Shown here one piece after another: positions 32,969-47,818 of a stretch of 64,000 nucleotides of DNA. This stretch comes from Auanema rhodensis (lineage: Eukaryota > Animalia > Nematoda), in the NCBI GenBank assembly GCA_964057225.1, contig OZ059895.1, forward strand, positions 12,028,001 to 12,092,000, written 5' to 3'. Made by a program: the position numbers and the translations under genes. A model generated the notes under the pieces. That model saw only the letters and a list, made by a program, of their open reading frames with translations. It ran no database searches and was not told the DNA's origin. How positions within the stretch are numbered: position 1 is the stretch's first letter; every line of letters begins with the position of its first letter.

Positions 32969-33777
32969 TTTCAAATTTTTTTAACGATCATACCACGTTG
33001 AAAGTACGCCATGCAGCTGATTTTCAATTTTATCTCTTCCGTAATAAATGTTTTCAATTTTCCAGCAATTTTACTTAGATAGCTCAACCCAAGGCATCAA
33101 AATATCTTCAATCTTATTTCTATATTACAGTTATAAACCAGTAGTTTATGAACCTTAATTTTAACTCTACTGTTTCTATCTATTTCCTATTGAAACAAAC
33201 AATGTTTTAACACTATACAACTGTGAAACCTTTTTTCATTTATTGTATTTGGAGCTCATAAGATTTGATATCATCGAGGGATTTAGATGTAACGTAGAAA
33301 ATTACATAACTAACATGAAATTGGAAAAAAAACAATAACGAGGATAAGTATGTAAATCATTGAATATCAGATATTTCCGCTTACGACCATACCACGTTGA
33401 AAGTACGCCATGCAGCTGATTTTCAATTTTATCTCTTCCGTAACAAATGTTTTCAATTTTCCAGCAGTTTTACTTAGATAGCTCAACCCAAGGCATCAAA
33501 ATATCTTCAATCTTATTTCTTTATTACAGTTATAAACCAGTAGTTTATGAACCTTCATCTTAACTTTACTGTTTCTATTTATTTCCTATTAAAACAAACG
33601 TTGTTTAAACACTATACAACTGTGAAACCTTTTTTAATTTATTGTATTTGGAGCTCATAAGATTCAATATCATCGAGGGATTTAGATGTAACGTGGAAAA
33701 TTACATAACTAACATGAAATTGGAAAAAAAACAATAACGAGGATAAATATGTAAATCATTGAATATCAGATATTTTC

Positions 33778-33896
33778 GCTTACGACCATACCACGTTGAA
33801 AGAACGCCATCCCGTCCGATCTGGCAAGTCAAGCAACGTTGGGCCCGGTTAGTACTTGGATCGGAGACAGCTTGGGAATCCCGGGTGCCGTAAGCT
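33778..33896 (+). rRNA. 5S rRNA
   Basis: 119-nt 5S. Confidence 0.93.
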
Positions 33897-34306
33897 TTTC
33901 AAATTTTTTTAACGATCATACCACGTTGAAAGTACGCCATGCAGCTGATTTTCAATTTTATCTCTTCCGTAACAAATGTTTTCAATTTTCCAGCAGTTTT
34001 ACTTAGATAGCTCAACCCAAGCCATTAAAATATCTTCAATCTTATTTCTATATTACAGTTATAAACCAGTAGTTTATGAACCTTCATCTTAACTTTACTG
34101 TTTCTATCTATTTCCTATTGAAACAAACATTGTTTAAACACTATACAACTGTGAAACCTTTTTTAATTTATTGTATTTGGATCTCATAAGATTTGATATC
34201 ATCGAGGGATTTAGATGTTACGTAGAAAATTACATAACTAACATGAAATTGGAAAAAAAACAATAACGAGGATAAATATGTAAATCATTGAATATCAGAT
34301 ATTTTC

Positions 34307-34425
34307 GCTTACGACCATACCACGTTGAAAGAACGCCATCCCGTCCGATCTGGCAAGTCAAGCAACGTTGGGCCCGGTTAGTACTTGGATCGGAGACAGC
34401 TTGGGAATCCCGGGTGCCGTAAGCT
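34307..34425 (+). rRNA. 5S rRNA
   Basis: 119-nt 5S. Confidence 0.93.
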
Positions 34426-34836
34426 TTTCAAATTTTTTTAACGATCATACCACGTTGAAAGTACGCCATGCAGCTGATTTTCAATTTTATCTCTTCCGTA
34501 ACAAATGTTTTCAATTTTCCAGCAGTTTTACTTAGATAGCTCAACCCAAGCCATTAAAATATCTTCAATCTTATTTCTATATTACAGTTATAAACCAGTA
34601 GTTTATGAACCTTCATCTTAACTTTACTGTTTCTATCTATTTCCTATTGAAACAAACATTGTTTAAACACTATACAACTGTGAAACCTTTTTTAATTTAT
34701 TGTATTTGGATCTCATAAGATTTGATATCATCGAGGGATTTAGATGTTACGTAGAAAATTACATAACTAACATGAAATTGGAAAAAAAAACAATAACGAG
34801 GATAAGTATGTAAATCATTGAATATCAGATATTTTC

Positions 34837-34955
34837 GCTTACGACCATACCACGTTGAAAGTACGCCATCCCGTCCGATCTGGCAAGTCAAGCAACGTTG
34901 AGCCCGGTTAGTTCTTGGATCGGAGACGGCTTGGGAATCCCGGGTGCCTAAAGCT
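34837..34955 (+). rRNA. 5S rRNA (GTTCTT / CCTAAAGC variant)
   Basis: 119-nt 5S. Confidence 0.82.
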
Positions 34956-35763
34956 TTTCAAATTTTTTAACGATCATACCACGTTGAAAGTACGCCATGC
35001 AGCTGATTTTCAATTTTATCTCTTCCGTAATAAATGTTTTCAATTTTCCAGCAATTTTACTTAGATAGCTCAACCCAAGGCATCAAAATATCTTCAATCT
35101 TATTTCTTTATTACAGTTATAAACCAGTAGTTTATGAACCTTCATCTTAACTTTATTGTTTCTATCTATTTCCTATTAAAACAAACGTTGTTTAAACACT
35201 ATACAACTGTGAAACCTTTTTTAATTTATTGTATTTGGAGCTCATAAGATTCAATATCATCGAGGGATTTAGATGTAACGTGGAAAATTACATAACTAAC
35301 ATGAAATTGGAAAAAAAACAATAACGAGGATAAGTATGTAAATCATTGAATATCAGATATTTCCGCTTACGACCATACCACGTTGAAAGTACGCCATGCA
35401 GCTGATTTTCAATTTTATCTCTTCCGTAACAAATGTTTTCAATTTTCCAGCAGTTTTACTTAGATAGCTCAACCCAAGGCATCAAAATATCTTCAATCTT
35501 ATTTCTTTATTACAGTTATAAACCAGTAGTTTATGAACCTTCATCTTAACTTTACTGTTTCTATCTATTTCCTATTAAAACAAACGTTGTTTAAACACTA
35601 TACAACTGTGAAACCTTTTTTAATTTATTGTATTTGGAGCTCATAAGATTCAATATCATCGAGGGATTTAGATGTAACGTGGAAAATTACATAACTAACA
35701 TGAAATTGGAAAAAAAACAATAACGAGGATAAATATGTAAATCATTGAATATCAGATATTTTT

Positions 35764-35882
35764 GCTTACGACCATACCACGTTTAAAGTACGCCATCCCG
35801 TCCGATCTGGCAAGTCAAGCAACATTGGGCCCGGTTAGTACTTGGATCGGAGACGGCTTGGGAATCCCGGGTGCCGTAAGCT
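35764..35882 (+). rRNA. 5S rRNA (variant)
   Basis: 119-nt 5S. Confidence 0.88.
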
Positions 35883-36292
35883 TTTCAAATTTTTTTAACG
35901 ATCATACCACGTTGAAAATACGCCATGCAGCTGATTTTCAATTTTATCTCTTCCGTAACAAAAGTTTTCAATTTTCCAGCAATTTTACTTAGATAGCTCA
36001 ACCCAAGGCATCAAAATATCTTCAATCTTATTTCTTTATTACAGTTATAAACCAGTAGTTTATGAACCTTAATTTTAACTCTACTGTTTCTATCTATTTC
36101 CTATTGAAACAAACAATGTTTTAACACTATACAACTGTGAAACCTTTTTTCATTTATTGTATTTGGATCTCATAAGATTTGATATCATCGAGGGATTTAG
36201 ATGTTACGTAGAAAATTACATAACTAACATGAAATTGGAAAAAAAACAATAACGAGGATAAGTATGTAAATCATTGAATATCAGATATTTTC

Positions 36293-36411
36293 GCTTACGA
36301 CCATACCACGTTGAAAGTACGCCATCCCGTCCGATCTGGCAAGTCAAGCAACGTTGGGCCCGGTTAGTTCTTGGATCGGAGACGGCTTGGGAATCCCGGG
36401 TGCCTAAAGCT
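36293..36411 (+). rRNA. 5S rRNA (GTTCTT / CCTAAAGC variant)
   Basis: 119-nt 5S. Confidence 0.82.
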
Positions 36412-37220
36412 TTTCAAATTTTTTTAACGATCATACCACGTTGAAAGTACGCCATGCAGCTGATTTTCAATTTTATCTCTTCCGTAATAAATGTTTTCAA
36501 TTTTCCAGCAATTTTACTTAGATAGCTCAACCCAAGGCATCAAAATATCTTCAATCTTATTTCTATATTACAGTTATAAACCAGTAGTTTATGAACCTTA
36601 ATTTTAACTCTACTGTTTCTATCTATTTCCTATTGAAACAAACAATGTTTTAACACTATACAACTGTGAAACCTTTTTTCATTTATTGTATTTGGAGCTC
36701 ATAAGATTTGATATCATCGAGGGATTTAGATGTAACGTAGAAAATTACATAACTAACATGAAATTGGAAAAAAAACAATAACGAGGATAAGTATGTAAAT
36801 CATTGAATATCAGATATTTCCGCTTACGACCATACCACGTTGAAAGTACGCCATGCAGCTGATTTTCAATTTTATCTCTTCCGTAACAAAAGTTTTCAAT
36901 TTTCCAGCAATTTTACTTAGATAGCTCAACCCAAGGCATCAAAATATCTTCAATCTTATTTCTTTATTACAGTTATAAACCAGTAGTTTATGAACCTTCA
37001 TCTTAACTTTACTGTTTCTATTTATTTCCTATTAAAACAAACGTTGTTTAAACACTATACAACTGTGAAACCTTTTTTAATTTATTGTATTTGGAGCTCA
37101 TAAGATTCAATATCATCGAGGGATTTAGATGTAACGTGGAAAATTACATAACTAACATGAAATTGGAAAAAAAACAATAACGAGGATAAATATGTAAATC
37201 ATTGAATATCAGATATTTTC

Positions 37221-37339
37221 GCTTACGACCATACCACGTTGAAAAAACGCCATCCCGTCCGATCTGGCAAGTCAAGCAACGTTGGGCCCGGTTAGTACTT
37301 GGATCGGAGACAGCTTGGGAATCCCGGGTGCCGTAAGCT
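37221..37339 (+). rRNA. 5S rRNA (variant)
   Basis: 119-nt 5S. Confidence 0.89.
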
Positions 37340-37750
37340 TTTCAAATTTTTTTAACGATCATACCACGTTGAAAGTACGCCATGCAGCTGATTTTCAATT
37401 TTATCTCTTCCGTAACAAATGTTTTCAATTTTCCAGCAGTTTTACTTAGGTAGCTCAACCCAAGCCATTAAAATATCTTCAATCTTATTTCTATATTACA
37501 GTTATAAACCAGTAGTTTATGAACCTTCATCTTAACTTTACTGTTTCTATCTATTTCCTATTGAAACAAACATTGTTTAAACACTATACAACTGTGAAAC
37601 CTTTTTTAATTTATTGTATTTGGATCTCATAAGATTTGATATCATCGAGGGATTTAGATGTTACGTAGAAAATTACATAACTAACATGAAATTGGAAAAA
37701 AAAACAATAACGAGGATAAGTATGTAAATCATTGAATATCAGATATTTTC

Positions 37751-37869
37751 GCTTACGACCATACCACGTTGAAAGTACGCCATCCCGTCCGATCTGGCAA
37801 GTCAAGCAACGTTGAGCCCGGTTAGTTTTTGGATCGGAGACGGCTTGGGAATCCCGGGTGCCTAAAGCT
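37751..37869 (+). rRNA. 5S rRNA copy with internal T5 (likely pseudogene)
   Basis: GTTAGTTTTTGG at +76..+80. Confidence 0.78.
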
Positions 37870-39077
37870 TTTCAAATTTTTTTAACGATCATACCACGTT
37901 GAAAGTACGCCATGCAGCTGATTTTCAATTTTATCTCTTCCGTAATAAATGTTTTCAATTTTCCAGCAATTTTACTTAGATAGCTCAACCCAAGGCATCA
38001 AAATATCTTCAATCTTATTTCTTTATTACAGTTATAAACCAGTAGTTTATGAACCTTCATCTTAACTTTATTGTTTCTATCTATTTCCTATTAAAACAAA
38101 CGTTGTTTAAACACTATACAACTGTGAAACCTTTTTTAATTTATTGTATTTGGAGCTCATAAGATTCAATATCATCGAGCGATTTAGATGTAACGTGGAA
38201 AATTACATAACTAACATGAAATTGGAAAAAAAACAATAACGAGGATAAGTATGTAAATCATTGAATATCAGATATTTCCGCTTACGACCATACCACGTTG
38301 AAAGTACGCCATGCAGCTGATTTTCAATTTTATCTCTTCCGTAACAAATGTTTTCAATTTTCCAGCAGTTTTACTTAGATAGCTCAACCCAAGGCATCAA
38401 AATATCTTCAATCTTATTTCTTTATTACAGTTATAAACCAGTAGTTTATGAACCTTCATCTTAACTTTACTGTTTCTATCTATTTCCTATTAAAACAAAC
38501 GTTGTTTAAACACTATACAACTGTGAAACCTTTTTTAATTTATTGTATTTGGAGCTCATAAGATTCAATATCATCGAGGGATTTAGATGTAACGTGGAAA
38601 ATTACATAACTAACATGAAATTGGAAAAAAAACAATAACGAGGATAAGTATGTAAATCATTGAATATCAGATATTTCCGCTTACGACCATACCACGTTGA
38701 AAGTACGCCATGCAGCTGATTTTCAATTTTATCTCTTCCGTAACAAATGTTTTCAATTTTCTAGCAGTTTTACTTAGATAGCTCAACCCAAGGCATCAAA
38801 ATATCTTCAATCTTATTTCTTTATTACAGTTATAAACCAGTAGTTTATGAACCTTCATCTTAACTTTACTGTTTCTATCTATTTCCTATTAAAACAAACG
38901 TTGTTTAAACACTATACAACTGTGAAACCTTTTTTAATTTATTGTATTTGGAGCTCATAAGATTCAATATCATCGAGGGATTTAGATGTAACGTGGAAAA
39001 TTACATAACTAACATGAAATTGGAAAAAAAACAATAACGAGGATAAGTATGTAAATCATTGAATATCAGATATTTTT

Positions 39078-39196
39078 GCTTACGACCATACCACGTTGAA
39101 AGTACGCCATCCCGTCCGATCTGGCAAGTCAAGCAACGTTGAGCCCGGTTAGTTTTTGGATCGGAGACGGCTTGGGAATCCCGGGTGCCTAAAGCT
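39078..39196 (+). rRNA. 5S rRNA copy with internal T5 (likely pseudogene)
   Basis: Same variant as 37751. Confidence 0.78.
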
Positions 39197-40404
39197 TTTC
39201 AAATTTTTTTAACGATCATACCACGTTGAAAGTACGCCATGCAGCTGATTTTCAATTTTATCTCTTCCGTAATAAATGTTTTCAATTTTCCAGCAATTTT
39301 ACTTAGATAGCTCAACCCAAGGCATCAAAATATCTTCAATCTTATTTCTTTATTACAGTTATAAACCAGTAGTTTATGAACCTTCATCTTAACTTTATTG
39401 TTTCTATCTATTTCCTATTAAAACAAACGTTGTTTAAACACTATACAACTGTGAAACCTTTTTTAATTTATTGTATTTGGAGCTCATAAGATTCAATATC
39501 ATCGAGCGATTTAGATGTAACGTGGAAAATTACATAACTAACATGAAATTGGAAAAAAAACAATAACGAGGATAAGTATGTAAATCATTGAATATCAGAT
39601 ATTTCCGCTTACGACCATACCACGTTGAAAGTACGCCATGCAGCTGATTTTCAATTTTATCTCTTCCGTAACAAATGTTTTCAATTTTCCAGCAGTTTTA
39701 CTTAGATAGCTCAACCCAAGGCATCAAAATATCTTCAATCTTATTTCTTTATTACAGTTATAAACCAGTAGTTTATGAACCTTCATCTTAACTTTACTGT
39801 TTCTATCTATTTCCTATTAAAACAAACGTTGTTTAAACACTATACAACTGTGAAACCTTTTTTAATTTATTGTATTTGGAGCTCATAAGATTCAATATCA
39901 TCGAGGGATTTAGATGTAACGTGGAAAATTACATAACTAACATGAAATTGGAAAAAAAACAATAACGAGGATAAGTATGTAAATCATTGAATATCAGATA
40001 TTTCCGCTTACGACCATACCACGTTGAAAGTACGCCATGCAGCTGATTTTCAATTTTATCTCTTCCGTAACAAATGTTTTCAATTTTCTAGCAGTTTTAC
40101 TTAGATAGCTCAACCCAAGGCATCAAAATATCTTCAATCTTATTTCTTTATTACAGTTATAAACCAGTAGTTTATGAACCTTCATCTTAACTTTACTGTT
40201 TCTATCTATTTCCTATTAAAACAAACGTTGTTTAAACACTATACAACTGTGAAACCTTTTTTAATTTATTGTATTTGGAGCTCATAAGATTCAATATCAT
40301 CGAGGGATTTAGATGTAACGTGGAAAATTACATAACTAACATGAAATTGGAAAAAAAACAATAACGAGGATAAGTATGTAAATCATTGAATATCAGATAT
40401 TTTT

Positions 40405-40523
40405 GCTTACGACCATACCACGTTGAAAGTACGCCATCCCGTCCGATCTGGCAAGTCAAGCAACGTTGAGCCCGGTTAGTTTTTGGATCGGAGACGGCTT
40501 GGGAATCCCGGGTGCCTAAAGCT
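40405..40523 (+). rRNA. 5S rRNA copy with internal T5 (likely pseudogene)
   Basis: Same variant as 37751. Confidence 0.78.
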
Positions 40524-41731
40524 TTTCAAATTTTTTTAACGATCATACCACGTTGAAAGTACGCCATGCAGCTGATTTTCAATTTTATCTCTTCCGTAAT
40601 AAATGTTTTCAATTTTCCAGCAATTTTACTTAGATAGCTCAACCCAAGGCATCAAAATATCTTCAATCTTATTTCTTTATTACAGTTATAAACCAGTAGT
40701 TTATGAACCTTCATCTTAACTTTATTGTTTCTATCTATTTCCTATTAAAACAAACGTTGTTTAAACACTATACAACTGTGAAACCTTTTTTAATTTATTG
40801 TATTTGGAGCTCATAAGATTCAATATCATCGAGGGATTTAGATGTAACGTGGAAAATTACATAACTAACATGAAATTGGAAAAAAAACAATAACGAGGAT
40901 AAGTATGTAAATCATTGAATATCAGATATTTCCGCTTACGACCATACCACGTTGAAAGTACGCCATGCAGCTGATTTTCAATTTTATCTCTTCCGTAACA
41001 AATGTTTTCAATTTTCCAGCAGTTTTACTTAGATAGCTCAACCCAAGGCATCAAAATATCTTCAATCTTATTTCTTTATTACAGTTATAAACCAGTAGTT
41101 TATGAACCTTCATCTTAACTTTACTGTTTCTATCTATTTCCTATTAAAACAAACGTTGTTTAAACACTATACAACTGTGAAACCTTTTTTAATTTATTGT
41201 ATTTGGAGCTCATAAGATTCAATATCATCGAGGGATTTAGATGTAACGTGGAAAATTACATAACTAACATGAAATTGGAAAAAAAACAATAACGAGGATA
41301 AGTATGTAAATCATTGAATATCAGATATTTCCGCTTACGACCATACCACGTTGAAAGTACGCCATGCAGCTGATTTTCAAATTTATCTCTTCCGTAACAA
41401 ATGTTTTCAATTTTCCAGCAGTTTTACTTAGATAGCTCAACCCAAGGCATCAAAATATCTTCAATCTTATTTCTTTATTACAGTTATAAACCAGTAGTTT
41501 ATGAACCTTCATCTTAACTTTACTGTTTCTATCTATTTCCTATTAAAACAAACGTTGTTTAAACACTATACAACTGTGAAACCTTTTTTAATTTATTGTA
41601 TTTGGAGCTCATAAGATTCAATATCATCGAGGGATTTAGATGTAACGTGGAAAATTACATAACTAACATGAAATTGGAAAAAAAACAATAACGAGGATAA
41701 ATATGTAAATCATTGAATATCAGATATTTTT

Positions 41732-41850
41732 GCTTACGACCATACCACGTTGAAAGTACGCCATCCCGTCCGATCTGGCAAGTCAAGCAACGTTGAGCCC
41801 GGTTAGTTTTTGGATCGGAGACGGCTTGGGAATCCCGGGTGCCTAAAGCT
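41732..41850 (+). rRNA. 5S rRNA copy with internal T5 (likely pseudogene)
   Basis: Same variant as 37751. Confidence 0.78.
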
Positions 41851-43058
41851 TTTCAAATTTTTTCAACGATCATACCACGTTGAAAGTACGCCATGCAGCT
41901 GATTTTCAATTTTATCTCTTCCGTAATAAATGTTTTCAATTTTCCAGCAATTTTACTTAGATAGCTCAACCCAAGGCATCAAAATATCTTCAATCTTATT
42001 TCTTTATTACAGTTATAAACCAGTAGTTTATGAACCTTCATCTTAACTTTATTGTTTCTATCTATTTCCTATTAAAACAAACGTTGTTTAAACACTATAC
42101 AACTGTGAAACCTTTTTTAATTTATTGTATTTGGAGCTCATAAGATTCAATATCATCGAGGGATTTAGATGTAACGTGGAAAATTACATAACTAACATGA
42201 AATTGGAAAAAAAACAATAACGAGGATAAGTATGTAAATCATTGAATATCAGATATTTCCGCTTACGACCATACCACGTTGAAAGTACGCCATGCAGCTG
42301 ATTTTCAATTTTATCTCTTCCGTAACAAATGTTTTCAATTTTCCAGCAGTTTTACTTAGATAGCTCAACCCGAGGCATCAAAATATCTTCAATCTTATTT
42401 CTTTATTACAGTTATAAACCAGTAGTTTATGAACCTTCATCTTAACTTTACTGTTTCTATCTATTTCCTATTAAAACAAACGTTGTTTAAACACTATACA
42501 ACTGTGAAACCTTTTTTAATTTATTGTATTTGGAGCTCATAAGATTCAATATCATCGAGGGATTTAGATGTAACGTGGAAAATTACATAACTAACATGAA
42601 ATTGGAAAAAAAACAATAACGAGGATAAGTATGTAAATCATTGAATATCAGATATTTCCGCTTACGACCATACCACGTTGAAAGTACGCCATGCAGCTGA
42701 TTTTCAATTTTATCTCTTCCGTAACAAATGTTTTCAATTTTCTAGCAGTTTTACTTAGATAGCTCAACCCAAGGCATCAAAATATCTTCAATCTTATTTC
42801 TTTATTACAGTTATAAACCAGTAGTTTATGAACCTTCATCTTAACTTTATTGTTTCTATCTATTTCCTATTAAAACAAACGTTGTTTAAACACTATAGAA
42901 CTGTGAAACCTTTTTTAATTTATTGTATTTGGAGCTCATAAGATTCAATATCATCGAGGGATTTAGATGTAACGTGGAAAATTACATAACTAACATGAAA
43001 TTGGAAAAAAAACAATAACGAGGATAAGTATGTAAATCATTGAATATCAGATATTTCC

Positions 43059-43177
43059 GCTTACGACCATACCACGTTGAAAGTACGCCATCCCGTCCGA
43101 TCTGGCAAGTCAAGCAACGTTGAGCCCGGTTAGTTTTTGGATCGGAGACGGCTTGGGAATCCCGGGTGCCTAAAGCT
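43059..43177 (+). rRNA. 5S rRNA copy with internal T5 (likely pseudogene)
   Basis: Same variant as 37751. Confidence 0.78.
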
Positions 43178-44385
43178 TTTCAAATTTTTTCAACGATCAT
43201 ACCACGTTGAAAGTACGCCATGCAGCTGATTTTCAATTTTATCTCTTCCGTAATAAATGTTTTCAATTTTCCAGCAATTTTACTTAGATAGCTCAACCCA
43301 AGGCATCAAAATATCTTCAATCTTATTTCTTTATTACAGTTATAAACCAGTAGTTTATGAACCTTCATCTTAACTTTATTGTTTCTATCTATTTCCTATT
43401 AAAACAAACGTTGTTTAAACACTATACAACTGTGAAACCTTTTTTAATTTATTGTATTTGGAGCTCATAAGATTCAATATCATCGAGGGATTTAGATGTA
43501 ACGTGGAAAATTACATAACTAACATGAAATTGGAAAAAAAACAATAACGAGGATAAGTATGTAAATCATTGAATATCAGATATTTCCGCTTACGACCATA
43601 CCACGTTGAAAGTACGCCATGCAGCTGATTTTCAATTTTATCTCTTCCGTAACAAATGTTTTCAATTTTCCAGCAGTTTTACTTAGATAGCTCAACCCGA
43701 GGCATCAAAATATCTTCAATCTTATTTCTTTATTACAGTTATAAACCAGTAGTTTATGAACCTTCATCTTAACTTTACTGTTTCTATCTATTTCCTATTA
43801 AAACAAACGTTGTTTAAACACTATACAACTGTGAAACCTTTTTTAATTTATTGTATTTGGAGCTCATAAGATTCAATATCATCGAGGGATTTAGATGTAA
43901 CGTGGAAAATTACTTAACTAACATGAAATTGGAAAAAAAACAATAACGAGGATAAGTATGTAAATCATTGAATATCAGATATTTCCGCTTACGACCATAC
44001 CACGTTGAAAGTACGCCATGCAGCTGATTTTCAATTTTATCTCTTCCGTAACAAATGTTTTCAATTTTCCAGCAGTTTTACTTAGATAGCTCAACCCAAG
44101 GCATCAAAATATCTTCAATCTTATTTCTTTATTACAGTTATAAACCAGTAGTTTATGAACCTTCATCTTAACTTTACTGTTTCTATCTATTTTCTATTAA
44201 AACAAACGTTGTTTAAACACTATACAACTGTGAAACCTTTTTTAATTTATTGTATTTGGAGCTCATAAGATTCAATATCATCGAGGGATTTAGATGTAAC
44301 GTGGAAAATTACATAACTAACATGAAATTGGAAAAAAAACAATAACGAGGATAAATATGTAAATCATTGAATATCAGATATTTTT

Positions 44386-44504
44386 GCTTACGACCATACC
44401 ACGTTGAAAGTACGCCATCCCGTCCGATCTGGCAAGTCAAGCAACGTTGAGCCCGGTTAGTTTTTGGATCGGAGACGGCTTGGGAATCCCGGGTGCCTAA
44501 AGCT
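44386..44504 (+). rRNA. 5S rRNA copy with internal T5 (likely pseudogene)
   Basis: Same variant as 37751. Confidence 0.78.
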
Positions 44505-45314
44505 TTTCAAATTTTTTTAACGATCATACCACGTTGAAAGTACGCCATGCAGCTGATTTTCAATTTTATCTCTTCCGTAATAAATGTTTTCAATTTTCCA
44601 GCAATTTTACTTAGATAGCTCAACCCAAGGCATCAAAATATCTTCAATCTTATTTCTTTATTACAGTTATAAACCAGTAGTTTATGAACCTTCATCTTAA
44701 CTTTATTGTTTCTATCTATTTCCTATTAAAACAAACGTTGTTTAAACACTATACAACTGTGAAACCTTTTTTAATTTATTGTATTTGGAGCTCATAAGAT
44801 TCAATATCATCGAGGGATTTAGATGTAACGTGGAAAATTACATAACTAACATGAAATTGGAAAAAAAACAATAACGAGGATAAGTATGTAAATCATTGAA
44901 TATCAGATATTTCCGCTTACGACCATACCACGTTGAAAGTACGCCATGCAGCTGATTTTCAATTTTATCTCTTCCGTAACAAATGTTTTCAATTTTCCAG
45001 CAGTTTTACTTAGATAGCTCAACCCAAGGCATCAAAATATCTTCAATCTTATTTCTTTATTACAGTTATAAACCAGTAGTTTATGAACCTTCATCTTAAC
45101 TTTACTGTTTCTATCTATTTCCTATTAAAACAAACGTTGTTTAAACACTATACAACTGTGAAACCTTTTTTAATTTATTGTATTTGGAGCTCATAAGATT
45201 CAATATCATCGAGGGATTTAGATGTAACGTGGAAAATTACATAACTAACATGAAATTGGAAAAAAAAACAATAACGAGGATAAATATGTAAATCATTGAA
45301 TATCAGATATTTTT

Positions 45315-45433
45315 GCTTACGACCATACCACGTTTAAAGTACGCCATCCCGTCCGATCTGGCAAGTCAAGCAACATTGGGCCCGGTTAGTACTTGGATCG
45401 GAGACGGCTTGGGAATCCCGGGTGCCGTAAGCT
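45315..45433 (+). rRNA. 5S rRNA (variant)
   Basis: 119-nt 5S. Confidence 0.88.
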
Positions 45434-46242
45434 TTTCAAATTTTTTTAACGATCATACCACGTTGAAAATACGCCATGCAGCTGATTTTCAATTTTATCT
45501 CTTCCGTAACAAAAGTTTTCAATTTTCCAGCAGTTTTACTTAGATAGCTAAACCCAAGGCATCAAAATATCTTCAATCTTATTTCTATATTACAGTTATA
45601 AACCAGTAGTTTATGAACCTTCATCTTAACTCTACTGTTTCTATCTATTTCCTATTGAAACAAACAATGTTTTAACACCATACAACTGTGAAACCTTTTT
45701 TCATTTATTGTATTTGGAGCTCATAAGATTTGATATCATCGAGGGATTTAGATGTAACGTAGAAAATTACATAACTAACATGAAATTGGAAAAAAAACAA
45801 TAACGAGGATAAGTATGTAAATCATTGAATATCAGATATTTCCGCTTACGACCATACCACGTTGAAAGTACGCCATGCAGCTGATTTTCAATTTTATCTC
45901 TTCCGTAACAAAAGTTTTCAATTTTCCAGCAGTTTTACTTAGATAGCTAAACCCAAGGCATCAAAATATCTTCAATCTTATTTCTATATTACAGTTATAA
46001 ACCTGTAATTTATGAACCTTCATCTTAACTCTACTGTTTCTATCTATTTCCTATTAAAACAAACGTTGTTTAAACACTATACAACTGTGAAACCTTTTTT
46101 AATTTATTGTATTTGGAGCTCATAAGATTCAATATCATCGAGGGATTTAGATGTAACGTGGAAAATTACATAACTAACATGAAATTGGAAAAAAAACAAT
46201 AACGAGGATAAATATGTAAATCATTGAATATCAGATATTTTT

Positions 46243-46361
46243 GCTTACGACCATACCACGTTGAAAGTACGCCATCCCGTCCGATCTGGCAAGTCAAGCA
46301 ACATTGGGCCCGGTTAGTACTTGGATCGGAGACGGCTTGGGAATCCCGGGTGCCGTAAGCT
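46243..46361 (+). rRNA. 5S rRNA (variant)
   Basis: 119-nt 5S. Confidence 0.9.
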
Positions 46362-46771
46362 TTTCAATTTTTTTTAACGATCATGCCACGTTGAAAGTAC
46401 GCCATGCAGCTGATTTTCAATTTTATCTCTTCCGTAACAAATGTTTTTAATTTTCCAGCAGTTTTACTTAGATAGCTAAACCCAAGGCATCAAAATATCT
46501 TCAATCTTATTCCTATATTACATTTATAAACCAGTAGTTCATGAACCTTCATCTTAACTTTATTGTTTCTATGTATTTCCTATTGTAACAAACATTGTTT
46601 AAACACTATACAACTGTGAAACCTTTTTTAATTCATTGTATTTGGATCTCATAAGATTTGATATCATCGAGGGATTTAGATGTAACGTAGAAAATTACAT
46701 AACTAACATGAAATTGGAAAAAAAACAATAACGAGGATAAGTATGTAAATCATTGAATATCAGATATTTTC

Positions 46772-46890
46772 GCTTACAACCATACCACGTTGAAAGTACG
46801 CCATCCTGTCCGATCTGGCAAGTCAAACAACGTTGGGCCCGGTTAGTACTTGGATCGGAGACGGCTTGGAAATCCCGGGTGCCGTAAGCT
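46772..46890 (+). rRNA. 5S rRNA (divergent variant)
   Basis: 119-nt 5S, 4 substitutions. Confidence 0.84.
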
Positions 46891-47699
46891 TTTCAAATTT
46901 TTTTAACGATCATACCACGTTGAAAATACGCCATGCAGCTGATTTTCAATTTTATCTCTTCCGTAACAAATGTTTTCAATTTTCCAGCAGTTTTACTTAG
47001 ATAGCTCAACCCAAGGCATCAAAATATCTTCAATCTTATTTCTATATTACATTTATAAACCAGTAGTTCATGAACCTTCATCTTAACTTTATTGTTTCTA
47101 CCTATTTCCTATTGTAACAAACATTGTTTAAACACTATACAACTGTGAAACCTTTTTTAATTTATTGTATTTGGATCTCATAAGATTTGATATCATCGAG
47201 GGATTTAGATGTTACGTAGAAAATTACATAACTAACATGAAATTGGAAAAAAAACAATAACGAGGATAAGTATGTAAATCATTGAATATCAGATATTTTC
47301 GCTTACGACCATACCACGTTGAAAGTACGCCATGCAGCTGATTTTCAATTTTATCTCTTCCGTAACAAATGTTTTCAATTTTCCAGCAGTTTTACTTAGA
47401 TAGCTCAACCCAAGGCATCAAAATATCTTCAATCTTATTTCTATATTACATTTATAAACCAGTAGTTCATGAACCTTCATCTTAACTTTATTGTTTCTAC
47501 CTATTTCCTATTGTAACAAACATTGTTTAAACACTATACAACTGTGAAACCTTTTTTAATTTATTGTATTTGGATCTCATAAGATTTGATATCATCGAGG
47601 GATTTAGATGTTACGTAGAAAATTACATAACTAACATCAAATTGGAAAAAAAACAATAACGAGGATAAGTATGTAAATCATTGAATATCAGATATTTTC

Positions 47700-47818
47700 G
47701 CTTACGACCATACCACGTTGAAAGTACGCCATCCCGTCCGATCTGGCAAGTCAAGCAACGTTGGACCCGGTTAGTAATTGGATCGGAGACAGCTTGGGAA
47801 TCCCGGGTGCCGTAAGCT
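47700..47818 (+). rRNA. 5S rRNA (variant)
   Basis: 119-nt 5S. Confidence 0.86.

Noticed and set aside
16883-45543. Small ORFs in the array (MTCQIGRDG..., MLTTIPRLK...)
   Set aside because: Chance frames across 5S and spacer with non-ATG starts, present only in copies with particular point variants
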